Virus record (IMG/VR): IMGVR_UViG_3300031867_000002
Span: 128,001 to 192,000 of that record
Reading direction: 5' to 3' (one strand)
Length of the DNA stretch: 64,000 nucleotides
From: a virus
Lineage: Duplodnaviria; Caudoviricetes
Below the pieces are notes generated by a model that was given only the letters and a program-made list of their open reading frames with translations, did no database searches and was not told the DNA's origin. How positions within the stretch are numbered: position 1 is the first letter of the stretch; the number at the start of each line of letters is the position of its first letter. Below are positions 62,301-64,000 of the stretch, one piece after another. The position numbers and the translations under genes are program-made.

Positions 62301-64000
62301 TCGTCTTCTAATTCTAGTGATAGTTCATCTAGCTCATCTACTAATAAATCTAACATGTATAAAGGTGGATTAAACCGTGGAACAAAATTATCATCAGAAC
62401 AAATTGAAGCTAAAAAACAAGAATTACGTGATAAAATAAAAAGTAAGAATCATGCAAATGTAAATGATATTATGGAATCATATTATCAAGGAAGTAATTT
62501 ATTGAGTGGTAATGATACGCATAGTTTTAACCCATCTGATAATATAAGAACAAAAATACAAAATTTAAGAATTAGTACTATATCTCTTGAAACTGAAAAG
62601 AAAAACTTAAAAAAAGATATAAAGGAAATTGAATTTAGAGTTAGTACTTATAATCATTATAAAAATAATCCATCACTACAAGAATTATTAGATGAGTTAA
62701 CAACTAAAAAGAATAGACTTGTAGAAATAGATATAGAAATAAAGCACAACAGCAGTGCTATGAAAAAACTTAATTTAAAATTAAAAAAACTTCCTAATAT
62801 GGCAGCGGGTGGTGTTAATAGAACTGGTCGTCCATTCCAGTCTGTACTTTCTGCAGGTGAGTATCTTAATGGCTCTAAGATTGGTCAGACAGGTATCTAT
62901 ACTATTCCTAAGGGTGGTGTAGTTTATAACCCAGCTCCTGCATCTGTAAGAAATATTCAAGCTCGTAATGAAAAGGCTTTTGTTAGAGGTCTTAGATATA
63001 ATGCTGAAGCTAATGATGATTTAACACCTACAAATAAAAATAAGAAAAAAGAACTTACCGAAGAAGAGAAAATAGAACATCAAAAGTTAGATGCTGAAGC
63101 TAAAACAAGAATTGAACAGGTTGATATTAATAAACTTACTGATTGGTCAACTCTTGAAGATGATAAACAAAGAGCTGCTTTCTTAGGTAATATGGCATCT
63201 AGAGGTGCATTAGGTGGCGTAGCTGGCTTATTAGTTGGCGGTCCATTACTTGGTGCAGCAGTAGGCGCTGCTTCTACTTTAACCAAATCTACTGGTTCTT
63301 TTGCTAGCTTCTTATTTGGTGATGTAGAAAAGGATAAGAAAACTGGTGAAATCATTGTTGATTCTGATGGTAATCCTAAGAGAAAAGACACTGGTTTAAT
63401 TTCTAAAGAACTTCAAAAAGCTGCTCCTGATATGGCTAAGGGTGGTATGGCTGGTATGGCAGCTGGATTATTAACTCCTCTTGGTCCATTAGGTGGTTTA
63501 TTAATCGGTACAGGTTTAGGATTCGCAAAGAATTCTGAAATCTTCCAAGGCTCACTCTTTGGTGAGGGTGGTATATTCTCTGATGAGAATGTAGATAAAC
63601 TCAAGAAGGGTGCTAAGAATATGGGAATTGGTGCGGCTACAGCAGCATTATTCCTTCCTGGTCCATTTGGTCTTGTTGGTAGTGCACTTATTGGTGCTAC
63701 TGCGGGTTATGCTACTTCTACAGACAAATTCAAAGATTTCTTACTTGGCGAAGAAGGAGAAGATGGTAAACGTAGAGGTGGTGTTCGTGGAGCATTAACT
63801 GATAATGTAGTTAAACCATTAAAAGGTTTTGGACAAACAATCATAGAAAAAACTATGGATGAAATCTTTGGTAAGAAAAATGGTGAAGGAGAAGATGCTA
63901 AAAGAGAAGGAGGATTATTTGGAGCTATTAGAGAAAATGTAATAACTCCTATGACTTCTGGTGCTCAATCTATCTTTAAAGAAATCACTAACAGTGTTGT
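59376..64000 (+). CDS. giant tape-measure-like tail protein, partial, runs off right end
   Basis: Missing from the ORF track, consistent with no stop before the window end. ATG after AAAGGAGG, MSIKVQKYL..., coiled coils and GPLLGAAVG-type Gly/Ala hydrophobic repeats, late promoter at 59340. Confidence 0.75.
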   Translation, partial: MSIKVQKYLANLGKSVAYTTADVLSEKFTYVNDFKNENQEVFKEAYHSIKDYRTTFARIKKTITDNKVMDAARVGFDSIVYSVTTGDFYAKNKEQEVMNKYGGNMMQGMDIDDDDFDFGNEDVTDGDKVIATAVKKNSKLQTAITTEAIVKTGKAQMDVSKENTMLLYTQNERLINKLDGGLQNITGFLKQNAEQTAKVQNQMNENLNKFMANVDNNVAKLTKQMDELLEMQRNLYAKQTQDQNQKKKIGYDDIIGRGGVINLKEYGKYIGRNASNELMQAIPGLNMLLGDGGIEGSNLLATMLANPGRELSKVVVNKALGKSFDQASKALNKTLENLVPSLIAKANAAAKKEDAGLAGLLGKILGIKTGSNESVDPNKYVKGAIPFDGITKKAIVDVIPYYLRKMTSAMTGGEEMTFDYATGRWTSMKSAKKAYDNITTSAQRNTESLIKGTIQAGTGRSFDSMYKSKDEYDRANTAVQSLALKLQAAGDFGSLRESDLTSPEKAIYTSMKKIFQRSEHYRYEKDDNGRLKMRRGFNGPDISAIDGQLLEILRSQNSAIKQLNEQGGIAMLAAMEGITGDAKSYHGKSYVDAKGDMNERHIQEMPTAQVLLRAKDEYGVTLYQYLRSMGHSLNYIKKYSTYLQTLPFINNGLNPNPPGSGGGGNPSGTPPTLDMPTSNDGFVDYGNNAKDDKYASRYYEQLERKAKDKAKESFESNIKRVEEQARKKGKSVSFVTDSYNYQSEGEQIGMSRLVSDYYGEGGQYETEFKLNQQKEDDKKEKEKWKKMEELIGKENTDKLKKATDKYDKDKGLMENLSKATGTTEKLAIAAKWFTQKTNFAVMDKVTGTIVKTDAWLRNLIYGEDLKADDQKKSLWQLMKDHTSDFFKNVQKQIGELFSPIKKYYDEKIKPHVDKVKKKIFGDVDSEGNILEEGVLSHFTSGFRKGMAKNRDDVHAMWKKEIEEAKRLGDKITNSESSSNSSDSSSSSSTNKSNMYKGGLNRGTKLSSEQIEAKKQELRDKIKSKNHANVNDIMESYYQGSNLLSGNDTHSFNPSDNIRTKIQNLRISTISLETEKKNLKKDIKEIEFRVSTYNHYKNNPSLQELLDELTTKKNRLVEIDIEIKHNSSAMKKLNLKLKKLPNMAAGGVNRTGRPFQSVLSAGEYLNGSKIGQTGIYTIPKGGVVYNPAPASVRNIQARNEKAFVRGLRYNAEANDDLTPTNKNKKKELTEEEKIEHQKLDAEAKTRIEQVDINKLTDWSTLEDDKQRAAFLGNMASRGALGGVAGLLVGGPLLGAAVGAASTLTKSTGSFASFLFGDVEKDKKTGEIIVDSDGNPKRKDTGLISKELQKAAPDMAKGGMAGMAAGLLTPLGPLGGLLIGTGLGFAKNSEIFQGSLFGEGGIFSDENVDKLKKGAKNMGIGAATAALFLPGPFGLVGSALIGATAGYATSTDKFKDFLLGEEGEDGKRRGGVRGALTDNVVKPLKGFGQTIIEKTMDEIFGKKNGEGEDAKREGGLFGAIRENVITPMTSGAQSIFKEITNSV

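Noticed and set aside
59409-63798. Short ORFs listed in the last 4.6 kb
   Set aside because: All lie within or antisense to the giant ORF starting at 59376.
1-64000. Genome-wide stop-codon reassignment
   Set aside because: Long genes are intact in code 11. Only the intron HNH TAG is suspicious.
1-64000. tRNA/rRNA genes, chimallin or PhuZ, nrdG
   Set aside because: None recognised in this window. They may lie elsewhere in the genome.

Overview
AT-rich segment of a jumbo myophage of the phiKZ/AR9-like, RNA-polymerase-encoding type. The host is probably a gut or rumen Firmicute, inferred from strong AAAGGAGG RBSs, an anaerobic NrdD and BspA-type LRRs. Structural genes: major capsid, portal, tail sheath and tube, a gp25-like wedge, a baseplate/tail chaperone, a fibre cluster with BspA/TpLRR arrays, and a giant tape-measure-like ORF running off the right end. 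Replication and transcription genes: three separate RNAP beta' pieces, a family-B DNA polymerase split over two distant genes, primase, SF2 helicase, and nrdD interrupted by a group I intron carrying an HNH endonuclease. Main observations from reading the sequence: (1) two promoter classes, an AR9-type AACA-N6-TA motif before structural genes and a TATATTAT-type motif before early genes; (2) a predicted -1 frameshift into an unannotated ORF at 8268-8503; (3) a repeated, covarying structured leader in front of unrelated antisense early genes; (4) two candidate small RNAs; (5) a modular LRR cassette array; (6) apparent GATC avoidance; (7) the only TAG stop among the called genes truncates the intron HNH frame. 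No tRNA, rRNA or CRISPR array was seen. All product calls come from motifs recognised by eye, not from database searches.
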